DNA of 64,000 nucleotides from Octopus bimaculoides (Eukaryota), in NCBI RefSeq assembly GCF_001194135.2, contig NC_068982.1, positions 85,915,764 through 85,979,763 on the forward strand, given 5' to 3'. Positions 52,087 through 63,525 of the stretch are shown piece after piece. The number at the start of each line of letters is the position of its first letter. Positions within the stretch are counted from its first letter, which is position 1. The notes under the pieces are model-generated. The model was not told the origin of the DNA. It worked only from the letters and a program-made list of their open reading frames with translations, and did no database searches. Position numbers and translations under genes: made by a program.

Positions 52087-53230
52087 ATAGGCATAGGAGT
52101 AGCTGTGTGGTAAGGCACGGAAGTGCCGCATCGCCGACATGTCCGAGGTGCGGGCAGGATAGGGAAACCGTCTTGCACGCATTTGTGGAATGTCCGGAAT
52201 TAATGAGACAGATAGTTTTCGCAGAACAACTGTTGTCATCGATGGGAAGAGTACAGCTATCAGCTAAATCTATCATCGAGATTGTGCCGCCTCCTTCCCT
52301 CAACAGAGAAAGAAAGGCTTGCTTTTCCTGCATAGTAGCCATACTGAAAGAAACAGTATGGAAGACGCGTGTAAGAGGCATAGTGACGGATACCTTTGTA
52401 TCTGGCCAGGGGTTGGTTAACTTTTTTTGTTACCAGCTCAGTAGTAAGATCAGGTTGGAGAAGAGGTATCTGTCACGNNNNNNNNNNNNNNNNNNNNNNN
52501 NNNNNNNNNNNNNNNNNNNNNNNNNNNNNNNNNNNNNNNNNNNNNNNNNNNNNNNNNNNNNNNNNNNNNNNNNNNNNNNNNNNNNNNNNNNNNNNNNNNN
52601 NNNNNNNNNNNNNNNNNNNNNNNNNNNNNNNNNNNNNNNNNNNNNNNNNNNNNNNNNNNNNNNNNNNNNNNNNNNNNNNNNNNNNNNNNNNNNNNNNNNN
52701 NNNNNNNNNNNNNNNNNNNNNNNNNNNNNNNNNATAATCAAATTATTATTGTATATTTAAAATTGTAAATATTTAATCGATACAGCTACTTAACCCCTTT
52801 TATGTTTGTCCTTGTTCGTCCCCTCTTTGTAATGCCTTTATGGCAAATATTTATGAAATAAAGTAGCTTGCTTACCAACCACATGGTTCTGGGTTCAGTC
52901 CCACTGCATGGCACCTTGGGCAAGTGTCTTCTACTATAGCCTTGGGCAGACCAAAGCCTTGTGAGTGGATTTGGTAGATGGAAACTGAAAGAAGCCTGTC
53001 GTATATATGTATATATATATGTATGTGCATGTGTATGTTTGTGTGTCTGTGTTTGTCCCCCCCAAAATCGCTTGACAACTGATGCTGGTGTGTTTAGGTC
53101 CCCGTAACTTAGCAGTTCGGCAAAAGGGACCAATAGGATAAGTACTAGGCTTACAAAGAATAAGTCCTGGGGTCGATTTGCTCGACTAAAGGCGGTGCTC
53201 CAACATGGTCACAGTCAAATGACTGAAACA
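52087..53230 (+). mobile_element. tRNA-derived SINE interrupted in its head
   Basis: The head GGCATAGGAGTAGCTGTGTGGTAAG ends at 52114. The continuation TAGCTTGCTTACCAACC resumes at 52864, followed by a full body and tail. Confidence 0.92.
52115..52863 (+). mobile_element. Tx1/L1-clade LINE 3' fragment
   Basis: CPRCGQDRETVLHAFVEC zinc knuckle and KETVWKTR, as in L1/Tx1 ORF2 C-termini. Ends with an AATAAA/A-rich tail. Confidence 0.8.
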
Positions 53231-53894
53231 AGTAAAAGAGTAAAAGAGATATCAAACTAAACATCTATAAATTGAACCCTTTTCATAATGAAATCTGTGG
53301 AAGTGGAAACTGAATCAATTTGCATATGAGAATACAAACCCAAACGCTATTTTAAACCTGCATGAAGTAATATGTAAGCACAACATAGGACATAGTTCCC
53401 TCTCTGCCAGATTAGTTTTATACATGTATTTATGTGCATGTATGTATACATCCATGCACACACACACATGTGTGTGTGTGTATAACATATTTATATATAT
53501 ATGTGTGTATATTTATATATCACCATCATCATCATTACAATTTAAGATTTAACATCCAGGTTCCATGTTGGCATGGGTTGGTTTGACAGGATCTGACAGG
53601 TGCATTATGCTTCAATATCTGCTTTGGCAATGTCTTTACAGCTGGATGCACTTCACAACATGTATTGGGTCCTTTTTCTCTTCATTGCACCAATACTAAC
53701 AAGGCTGTCATGCAGTTTGCAAGATTACAAAACCTGAGGAGATGTCATCAATATCGATATCATTGTTTTAATACTCACTTTTCTATGCTTGCATAAGTCA
53801 GATGCTCTCAACTACATGTATCTGCCTACACCTAAATCCAAGAAAGTATGAATGTAATTTTAAATAGTATGTTTTAATAGTGTTTAAATGAACT

Positions 53895-54148
53895 CTAACA
53901 TCTTGAATCACAGATAACACTGGTCAACAACAAAATTATTCTTAAATATTCACCTGATAATCCAGTTCTATATTTAAGAGATGAGGAATTATGTACATTA
54001 TTTACATTTGACAGATATTTGTCCTCATCTTGTTTATTGTTAACACAACGTTTCGGCTGATATACCCTCCAGCATTCATCAGGTGTCTTGGGGAAATTTT
54101 GAACCTGGGTTCTCATTCCTAAGGTATTTTTCGATGTTATTATTATCA

Positions 54149-54192
<44 letters not shown>

Positions 54193-54218
54193 TAGGTCAC
54201 TGCCTGGAATCGAACTCC
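53895..54218 (-). mobile_element. Short Pol III-type element: B-box head, (TAA)n, hammerhead motif, tail
   Basis: The minus strand reads GAGTTCGATTCC (B box), (TAA)n, then the hammerhead motif. The 5' end is replaced by a palindrome. Confidence 0.6.
54042..54087 (-). ncRNA. Minimal type I hammerhead ribozyme motif
   Basis: GACAC-CTGATGA-AT-GCTG(gagggtatat)CAGC-C-GAAA-CG-TT-GTGTT: canonical core, stem I pairs, stem II of 4 bp, loopless stem III. Predicted cleavage between 54047 and 54046. Confidence 0.75.
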
Positions 54219-54349
54219 ATGGGCAGTTATGGAGTGAATTTAGGGCTTATAAATCTAATATTTTCCTATCCTTCCTTAATACCGGTATTAAGGAAGGATA
54301 GGAGAATATTAGATTTGCAAGCCCTAAAATTCATTCCATAACTGCCCAT
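54219..54349. repeat. Loopless imperfect palindrome, about 65-bp arms
   Basis: Centred on ACCGGT (54281-54286), with a few mismatches and one indel. Confidence 0.92.
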
Positions 54350-55697
54350 TTTCTGCACAAGCTTAGAGTGCCACAGTACAAACCCAAAGATTGGATACTA
54401 TTTATTGACAGCAGCAAGTGATCGCTGAAATGTGTTCTGCTGCATAACAGCAACCAGTTTGCCTCTGTACCCCTTTTTCACTCAACTACACTGAAGGAAA
54501 AGTATGTGCTGGAGAAAATTCGTTATGATCAGCATCAGTGGTTTATTTGTGTTGACCTGAAGATGGTGAATTTTTTGTTGGGACAACAGTCTGGGTTCAC
54601 CAAGTACCCATACTTTCTTTGCATGTGAGATAATAGGGACACTGCTCAGCATTACAAGAAAAAGGACTGGCCTTTGAGGGAGGAATTGGTGCCTTGCAGA
54701 GCTAAGAACCTTATAAACAACCCTCTGGTGGACAGAGACAGAATACTCTTCCCCCCACAGCACATCAACCTCAGCTTGATCAAGCAGTTCAGCAAAGCTC
54801 TGGACAAGAATGGTGGCTACTTCACTTGTGCCAGACTTTTCCAGGATTGACCATTGAGAAGTTGAAAGCTGGCATCTTTGATGGCCCTCAAATCCGTCAG
54901 CTCATCAGAGAGCCTGAGTTTGAAAACTCAATGAATGAAGAGGAACTGGAAGCGTGGAAGGCTTTTGTCCTGGTCATGAAGAACGTTTTTGGCAACAACA
55001 AGGTGAGGAACTATGCAGAACTTGTCACCAATATGCTGACTGCTTTCAGAAATCTTGGCTGCAAGATGAGCATTAAAATGCATTACTTATTCTCACAAAG
55101 AGCGATGAGTAAGGGGAGAGATTCCATCAGCACATGAAAGAGATGGAGACCAGGTATCAGGGATGCTGGGACACAGTCATGATGGCAGATTACTGTTGGA
55201 CTTTGAAGGGAGACATTCCTGCCGTTCAGCATTCTAGAGGTTCAAATAGACGCAAGTTCAACCCCTGAATTTTGAACAGTGATGACATAACATTTAATTT
55301 ATATGTACTTATCTTTATCAGGGTCTTCTATTCAATTTACAGTAATCGAAGTTTGTAACATTTAATTAATAAATTGTGTTAGAAAACAATTTCTTAATCT
55401 TAAAAACTTATTTTGGATGAGAAATATTAACAAAAATCAACTGATAATGTCAGAAAAATGTAATCAATTTACTGAATAATATCCAAAGCATGATACACAC
55501 ACAAACACCCCACCACACACACTAACAAAAACCAACCGATAATGTTAGAAAATTGTAATCAATTTTTTAAAAATCAACTTTGCAAAGAAAACTGACCAGA
55601 GAAACAGATGTCATTTTTGGATTCAGCAGTGCAAAATTGTTCTAAGCCAGTTGAAAAAGCTAAAACAACTTACAAAAATTTTTTTTGTTATTCAGTG
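54350..55697 (+). mobile_element. Second Chapaev-like transposon relic (different subfamily)
   Basis: Motifs LFIDSSK, CVLLHN, LLGQQSGFTKYP, KLKAGIFDGPQIRQL, LGCKMSIKMHYL and MMADYCW. Ends CAGTG (55693-55697). Confidence 0.72.
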
Positions 55698-55734
55698 TAG
55701 TATATATATATATATATATATCATCCTCCTCCTC

Positions 55735-57325
55735 ATCATCATCGTTTAACATCCGCTTTCCATGCTAGCATGGGTTGGACGATTTGACTGAGGACTGACA
55801 AGCCAGAAGGCTGCACCAGGCTCCAATCTGATCTGGTAGAGTTTCTACAGCTTGACGCCCTTCCTAATGCCAACCAATCTGAGAGTGTAATGGGTGCTTT
55901 TACATGCCACCGGCATGAAGGCCAGTCACATGGTACTGGCAACGGCCACGCTCAAAAAGGTGTTTTTTATGTGCATGGGAGCTAGTCCAGTGGCACTGGC
56001 AACGACCTTGCTCGAATGATTTTCTAACGTGCCACCAGCACAAGTGCTAGAAAGCGATGCTGGTAACGATTTCGCTCAAATGGTGCTATTTATGGGCCAC
56101 TAGCACGGAAGCCAGACAGCTGCTCTGGCAATGAACATGCTCGGACAGTGCTGTTAGTGCTCCACTGGCGCAGGTGCCAGTCATCGAGTATGGTTCAATT
56201 ACGATTTCGATTTCACTTGCCCCAACAGGTCTTCGCAAGTAGAGTTTAGTGTCCAATGAAGGAGAGGTTGGCATGGGTGCCAGTCGTCGGATTCAGTTCG
56301 ATTTCAGATTTCAAATTTCAAATTGCAAAATTCACTTGCCTCAACAGGTCTTCGCAAGCAAAGTTTTTAGTGTCCAATGAAGTAAAGATACAAATAAGTG
56401 AGCTGGCTACACTTCTGGCAGAGGTCACAGATTATGCTCTCATTTGCCTTGCTGGGTCTTCTCACGTACTACATATTTCCAAAGGTCTCGGTCACTGGTC
56501 ATTGCCTCGGTGAGGCCTAAAGTTCGAAGGTCGTGCTTCACCACCTCATCCCAGGTCTTCCTGGGTCTACCTCTTCCACAGGTTCCCTCAACCGCTAGGG
56601 TGTGGCACTTTTTCACACAGCTATCCTCATCCATTCTTGCCACATGTCCATACCAGCGCAATCGTCTCTCCTGCACACCACAACTGATGCTTCTTAGGTC
56701 TAACTTTTCTCTCAAGGTACTTACACTCTGTCGAGTATGCACACTGACATTACACATCCATCAGAGCATACTGGTTTCGTTTCTTGTGAGCTTACGCATG
56801 TCCTCAGCAGTCACGGCCCCTGTTTCACTGCCATGCAGCATGGCTGTTCGTACACATGCGTCATACAGTCTGCCTTTTACTCTGAGTGAGAGGCCCTTTG
56901 TCACCAGCAGAGGTAAGAGCTCTCTGAACTTTGCCCAGGCTATTCTAATTCTAGCAGCTACATTTTCAGTGCACCCTCCCCCGCTACAAACTTGGTCACC
57001 TAGGTAGCGGAAGCTATCAACTATCTCTAGTTTTTCTTCCTGGAGTGTGGCAAAGGTTGTTTTCTGCACATTCTCAGTGTTTATTGCTCCTGAGCATCCG
57101 CCACATACAAAAATTATCTTGCTAGTTAACCTTCCTTTGATATTGCTGTACCTCTTATGTGTCCATAACTTACACTGGGTACATCTTATGGAGTTTCTAC
57201 CTACGCCTTTTCTACAGATCGAGCAGGGCCATCTACCTGAAGGGGTTTGTGTTTTGTCTACCTTCCTACTTATTAGGACTTTGGTTTTAGCTAGGTTGAC
57301 TCTAAGGCCCTTTGATTCTAGTCCT
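55735..57325 (-). mobile_element. RTE LINE, 5'-truncated, relatively young copy
   Basis: LEIVDSFRYLGD, VKGRLYDACVRTAMLHGSET, RLRWYGHVARM, GRGRPRKTW, full 3' UTR and (CAT)n tail. Confidence 0.95.
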
Positions 57326-57326
57326 T

Positions 57327-57415
57327 AAAATTATAAATAGAGAAATATACTATGATAAAATTTATTTTGGCAAAATAAATTTTATCAGTATATTTCTCTC
57401 TTCATTTATAATTTT
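57327..57415. repeat. AT-rich imperfect palindrome at the RTE truncation point
   Basis: AAAATTATAAATAGAGAAATATAC..TGATAAAATTTATTTT / AAAATAAATTTTATCA..GTATATTTCTCT..ATTTATAATTTT. Confidence 0.85.
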
Positions 57416-57780
57416 ATAAACTTATGTTTTTTCTTTTGTATTATACTATATATTCTNNNNNNNNNNNNNNNNNNNNNNNNNNNNNNNNNNNNNNNNNNNN
57501 NNNNNNNNNNNNNNNNNNNNNNNNNNNNNNNNNNNNNNNNNNNNNNNNNNNNNNNNNNNNNNNNNNNNNNNNNNNNNNNNNNNNNNNNNNNNNNNNNNNN
57601 NNNNNNNNNNNNNNNNNNNNNNNNNNNNNNNNNNNNNNNNNNNNNNNNNNNNNNNNNNNNNNNNNNNNNNNNNNNNNNNNNNNNNNNNNNNNNNNNNNNN
57701 NNNNNNNNNNNNNNNNNNNNNNNNNNNNNNNNNNNNNNNNNNNNNNNNNNNNNNNNNNNNNNNNNNNNNNNNNTATATAT

Positions 57781-58281
57781 AGTAGTTGTATGCTGACAAC
57801 TTAATGTGAGAGTCCCATGAAGGGAATAATACTACTGCTATTTAGCCCTAGGAAGTAGCACCGCTTCCTGTCAGCCTTGACACATTTCCTGTGTCCTTAT
57901 GTTTACAAGGGAAGACAAGCACCCCCACTCAGCTAAGCCTGCATCCAGAGACTAGTTTCTGAGTCATTTCTCATCTTCAGTCTAGAGTAGCATGGCCTAG
58001 TGAATGTATTTCACTAAAATAATTATATGTTTGTGGGAGCTAGATAGGTATCTCCAAATAGCAGGCTATGCTACTCCAGACTGAAGACAAGCAATGACTC
58101 AGAAACTAGTCTCTGGATGCAGGCTTAGCTGGGTGGGGGTGCTTGTCTCCTCTTTGTAAACATAAGGACACAGGAAATGTGTCAAGGCTGACAGGAAGCG
58201 GTGCTGCTTCCTAGGGCTAAATAGCAGTAGTATTATTCCCTTCATGGGACTGTAACATTAAGTTGACAGCATACAACTACT
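57781..58281. mobile_element. Foldback/MITE-like element, about 218-bp arms with a 64-bp spacer
   Basis: 57781-57998 against 58063-58281 are reverse complements with scattered mismatches. No coding capacity. Confidence 0.88.
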
Positions 58282-58412
58282 TTATTGTATCCCTACTGCA
58301 TAAATCTCTCTGAGAGATTTAGAAATGTATTATATATATATAAATAAATTTTTTTTTTTCAGAATGAGATGAAAAACCAAGGCTGTGTAGATTTTAGAAC
58401 ATTTATAAATAG

Positions 58413-58460
58413 GTCTTACAGCAGTTTCCAGGATATTTATTATATCCCTTCATTGGAGAC
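58413..58460 (-). ncRNA. Hammerhead-like motif in the inverted pLTR (variant core CCAATGA)
   Basis: GTCT-CCAATGA-A-GGGATA(taataaa)TATCCT-G-GAAA-CTGCTG-TA-AGAC. Confidence 0.5.
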
Positions 58461-61400
58461 AGTGTGAGAAAATGGCTAAGCAATAGTTAATTTAGATAAG
58501 ATGCGAAATAGAGAGTGAAGTGGAGGAATGAAAATAGATGTGATATATGCAGGCATATTGCATTTGTAGATCCATTATTTAGGCAGAAGATTCCATATAA
58601 GATTCCAATACCTTGTGAGTAAAATCCAATAGTATTTAAAATTGGTCATTCCAAATATAGAGTTTGTACACAGTGCTATTGAATCAAGGGTTTTATTTAA
58701 AGTGACCTAAAAGTAGGGAATGTATTTGTAAGGTCAAATCGAAAACAGGAAGAGAGGAATAAAAAAAGAGAAGAAAATAAAGAAGAAAAAACAGGAAGAG
58801 AGGAATAAAGAAAAGAAAGAAAAAAGAAAAACAAGGAGAGAGAGATAATAAGGGAAAATGTACCAGTTAGTGGTCAGTCAAGATAATTTGAAAGTAGGAT
58901 TGAGGAGATGAGGGTGCTGGGCCAATAACCATACCAACCTACTCGACATAACCATGGGATCATCTGATTTAGCTCAGGTCACTGACTTGGACTATTTATA
59001 TTACATCAGCTCCATATACATTTCCCTAACATCAAAGGAGGCCTATACAGGGATGACACTTTATTAGTTACCAAAAGCAAAAATAAATCCTCCTTAGAAA
59101 GAACTAGAAAGGATCTACATAAATTCTTCTCTAACCTAAACCTATCTAGCACATTCGAATATCTTAAATACCTTAACATCCACTCCAATCAGCACAAATC
59201 TACCTTCAATAACATAATCAAGGGCATTTCAACCTGCATATCCGACCTCTCTTCCACTGAGGAAATTTTCAATAATCACGCACCATATTATAATCAAGCA
59301 CTTGCCGCTAGCAGCTTTTCCCAACAATTAGAATACATCCATAACACCAGGCTCAAACAATACATATCTCAAATCACATCTCAAACACGCAGCAACCACA
59401 CACACTCGTTGATGGAACCCTGGAAGGTCTTACACCTAGGCAACCTAGACCCCACACACATTCATTTAACACTAGGTCAAAAACGAAAACAACTAAAACA
59501 ACTAACAACAGGCCTCGCCACCCACATACATTCTCCAAAAATATAGACAGCACTCATTTATCTAAAAACTTAGATAGCACTACTCCCAGAACCCCTAAAA
59601 AAGGGGTGGACACTCTATTCTGTGGTACACACCCCCATTCTCACTTAACGTTAAGAACTCAGCTAAATCCTTCTCTAAAACACTAGACTCTAACTTCCCT
59701 CACCAACATAAATATCATTCTATCTTTAATCGATCCACCCTAAAACTATCTTATTCTACCCGACCCAACTTCAAATCTATTGTAGCAGCCTCTAATAAGC
59801 AAAAGCTTTCTCTTTACTATCAAAACTCACATAACTACAACTCTAGTCATACAAACACTCAACATACACACACAGCTCCAGCACAGATACCCTTACATTA
59901 GACCACAACCACAACCCAACCTATCCTACTGACACTGCCTGGAACATCACCACAATCTCTACCACCCTTACAAATAGTACAATGAATAACAACAATAGTA
60001 ATAATAGCAATGATGATAATGATAACGTTAATAATACTAATAATATAGAATCTTCTATCCCCTTCTCTAACCTTTCCTCTGACAATATTACCCCCTCTAT
60101 TCCTGAACACAGTCCCAAAAATTCACTGAATTGTAATTGCCATCCTGGAACCATCTGCCCGTTACAAACCCATTGCAGAAGATATAATGTAATTTACAAA
60201 TGCACTGTCCTTAATCTATTACACAACTCTACAGCCATATACATAGGATCAACCAAAATTTTAAGCAATAACATGCCGCTCACCTCCATTCTTTTAGATA
60301 TGATAAACATAGTAAATCTACAACACTCGCCAAACACATACATCATCTCAAAAATACAAATATACCCTATACTCTATCATCGTCCATACTGGATTCAGGG
60401 CTTCCCTACCAAGGTCAATGCTCAACCTGCAAACTTTGCCTGAAGAAGGCACTTCAGCACTGCTAAATAAATATAATAAGGCACTAAGCACATGCAACTA
60501 CCGCTTTTTCACACATTCAAATTCTACCACAAATCCAAATGCCTAAATGACCATACAGTATATTTCCACAATACCCCTTAGATAATCCCAATAACCTTAT
60601 AAATCTACATCTTAACTCTTAATCCCTATCTAATTCCTCACTCATACTCGAATATCACAACCATCTAATTATATTCGTGTGTATATGTGTGCATGCATAT
60701 GTGCATGTATANNNNNNNNNNNNNNNNNNNNNNNNNNNNNNNNNNNNNNNNNNNNNNNNNNNNNNNNNNNNNNNNNNNNNNNNNNNNNNNNNNNNNNNNN
60801 NNNNNNNNNNNNNNNNNNNNNNNNNNNNNNNNNNNNNNNNNNNNNNNNNNNNNNNNNNNNNNNNNNNNNNNNNNNNNNNNNNNNNNNNNNNNNNNNNNNN
60901 NNNNNNNNNNNNNNNNNNNNNNNNNNNNNNNNNNNNNNNNNNNNNNNNNNNNNNNNNNNNNNNNNNNNNNNNNNNNNNNNNNNNNNNNNNNNNNNNNNNN
61001 NNNNNNNNNNNNNNNNNNNNNNNNNNNNNNNNNTACATAACTGACACTCCTTTACCTTTTACATTCTTATACCCCTCTCTCTCTCTATCACCCCCATCCT
61101 TCTATCTTTTTACACTCTAATACCTTTCTCTCTCTATCACCTTCGTCTCCCCATTCTTACTTTCAAATTATTTTGACTGACCACTAGCTGGTACACTTTC
61201 CCTTATTATCTCCCTCCTTATTTTTTTCTTTTTTCTTTCTTTTCTTTATTCCTCTCTTCCTGTTTTCGATTTGACCTTACAAATACATTCCCTACTTTTA
61301 GGTCACTTTAAATAAAACCCTTGATTCAATAGCACTGTGTACAAACTCTATATTTGGAATGACCGATTTAAATACTATTGGAATTTACTCACAAAGTATT

Positions 61401-61551
61401 GGAATCTTATATGTATACCATTCTGCCTAAATAATGGATCTACAAATGCAATATGCCTGTATAATATCTCACATCTATTTTCATTCCTCCACTTCACTCT
61501 CTATTTCACATCTTATCCAAATTAACTATTGCTTAACCATTTTCTCACACC

Positions 61552-61599
61552 ATCTCCGATGAAGGGCTATAATAAGTATCCTGGAAACTGCTGTAAGAC
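61552..61599 (+). ncRNA. Hammerhead-like motif in the 3' pLTR (variant core CCGATGA)
   Basis: ATCT-CCGATGA-AGGGCTATAATAAGTATCCTG-GAAA-CTGCTG-TA-AGAC. Confidence 0.5.
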
Positions 61600-62149
61600 C
61601 TATTTATAAATGTTCTAAAATCTTCACATTCTTGGTTTTTCATCTCATTATGAAAAAATTTTTTTTTATATATACACATGCTGATACATGACCTACGTTG
61701 GACTCCTCATTTACATAATCACCGAACCTGGAGCTTAACTATGGTCTATCCACAGCACTTACTCAGCATTACTTGACACCTTTGGGTCTTATTGACACCA
61801 TTACCTCTAATAACCTCTCTCTCTCTATATATATATATAAAGCAAAGACATGGTCTATGCATACACAAATACTCATGTATATAAGTTAAGTGAATGAAGT
61901 ACACATTATTTAACATTATTCACAAGTATGCAAACCATGGACTCTGAAGGAGTGTGTTGGAGACAATTTCAAAATTCTCACTGCATAGTGAAATGTCCTG
62001 CCAATTCCTATATATCTATATTATACCTCTTTCAAACCAGCAATGCCACCCTTCTATAGTACTGCTAAGAAAACAACTTTTGGAATTTAGCCATAATGCC
62101 TAATTGAAAGTTTACTAGAAAGATTGTTCAGTGCATTTATATTAAAAAG

Positions 62150-62351
62150 TGCAGATGTGGCTGTGTGGTAAGAAGTTTCCTTCCAAACCACATGGTTCCT
62201 GGTTCAGTCCCACTGTGTGGTACCTTGGGCAAGTGTCTTCTACTATAGCCTTGGGCAGACCAAAGCCTTGTAAGTGGATTTCGTAGATGGAAACTGAAAG
62301 AAGCCAGTTGTGTGTGTGTGTGTGTGTGCATGTGTGTGCGTGCGTGCGTGT

Positions 62352-62401
<50 letters not shown>

Positions 62402-62590
62402 TAATCTCCCATCACTCCTTGACAACTGATGCTGGTGTGTTTATGTCCTAATAACTTAGTGGTTCAGCAAAAGAGACCAGGTTTTAAAAAATAAATATCG
62501 GGGTAGATTCATTCAGCTAAAAATTCTTCAAGGTGATGCCCCAGCATGGCCACAGTCTAAGGACTGAAATAAGTAAAAGATAAACGATAA
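62150..62590 (+). mobile_element. tRNA-derived SINE, full length with (GT)n
   Basis: Family head, body, (GT)n and tail are all present. Confidence 0.92.
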
Positions 62591-63337
62591 ACCCAGAATA
62601 TCCTCCAGGATACTGTTACTCTTCTATCTACAGAATACAAAGACATCCAGCAACTGCAATACTCAGTTAGTAGAGGACTATGAGTGCCTAACAATATGCT
62701 AGATACTAAAGACCCATTTTACTTTAATCTTGACTGCCAGAGACTGCAGCTTAATCAAAAAGAAATGTTAAGAGAAAGCAAGTTTGATAAACACATCTGC
62801 TCACTACACATGAAGCTTCAAATATTGCATGTCTGTACATTACTAGTTATAACACCCAAAGGCTAGTAACAAACATGGGTACTAGCAGCAGATAAACTTG
62901 CTGACCTTTCCACAAGTGAAAGAGATATTCTTTTGTGAAAGGCATAACAACAGCTGAGAATCTAAAGTGAGCTTTCAAATCAGTAACAAATACTGACCAG
63001 TATGGACATGTCTCTCCAGGTATCTAGTTATCTTAGTTAATCTCCTTCCTAAAGGATTAATCAGGCACATATTGACAAACCATTCCAGACTAAATAGATT
63101 GATGTTAGCCACAGAAAAGATGTGGATGAACTGTATGTGGTTGAGTGGAGGTAATATGCAGCTTGCTTATTCTGAAAAGTAAAAGACAATATAGTAGCAG
63201 TAAGAAGAGTAGAGAGAAACAATAGCACATCTGTAAGAAAATAGCTGTAGTTTAGCCCGGTCAGACCTAAAAGAAAAATACCTGTCTTTCTTCAGACATT
63301 GTGTATTCTGGACTACATTATGCCATGTTTTTTATAT

Positions 63338-63525
63338 AGGCACAGGAGTGGCTGTGTGGTAAGAAGCTTGATTCCCAACCACATGGTTCCAGGTTCAGTC
63401 TTACTGTATGGCACCTTCAGCATGTGTCTTCTACTGTAGCCCCAGGCCGACCAAAGCCTTGTGAATGGAGAAAAAGTACTAGGCTTACAAAGAATAAGTC
63501 CTGGAGTCAATTTGTTCGACTAAAG
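63338..63525 (+). mobile_element. Internally deleted SINE
   Basis: The head and AAGCCTTGTGA are joined directly to the AAGTACTAGGCTTACAAAG tail block. Confidence 0.88.

Larger units (their letters stand above)
58335..61675 (+). mobile_element. Naiad-type Penelope-like element, 5'-truncated, with inverted pLTR pair
   Basis: TMGSSDLAQVTDL, GGLYRDD, WYTPPFS, IFNRSTLKLSYS, CNCHPGTICPLQTHC, VIYKC..YIGST (GIY-YIG) and CSTCKLCL. About 58335-58915 is the reverse complement of about 61135-61675. Confidence 0.88.

Noticed and set aside
60132-60440. Selenocysteine codons in the Naiad Cys motifs
   Set aside because: All cysteines in CNC..CPL..C and CSTCKLC are TGT/TGC in this copy.
60440-60480. CTGAAGA hammerhead-like core
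   Set aside because: It lies in the coding frame of the endonuclease C-terminus (CKLCLKK), there is no GAAA, and stem I does not pair.
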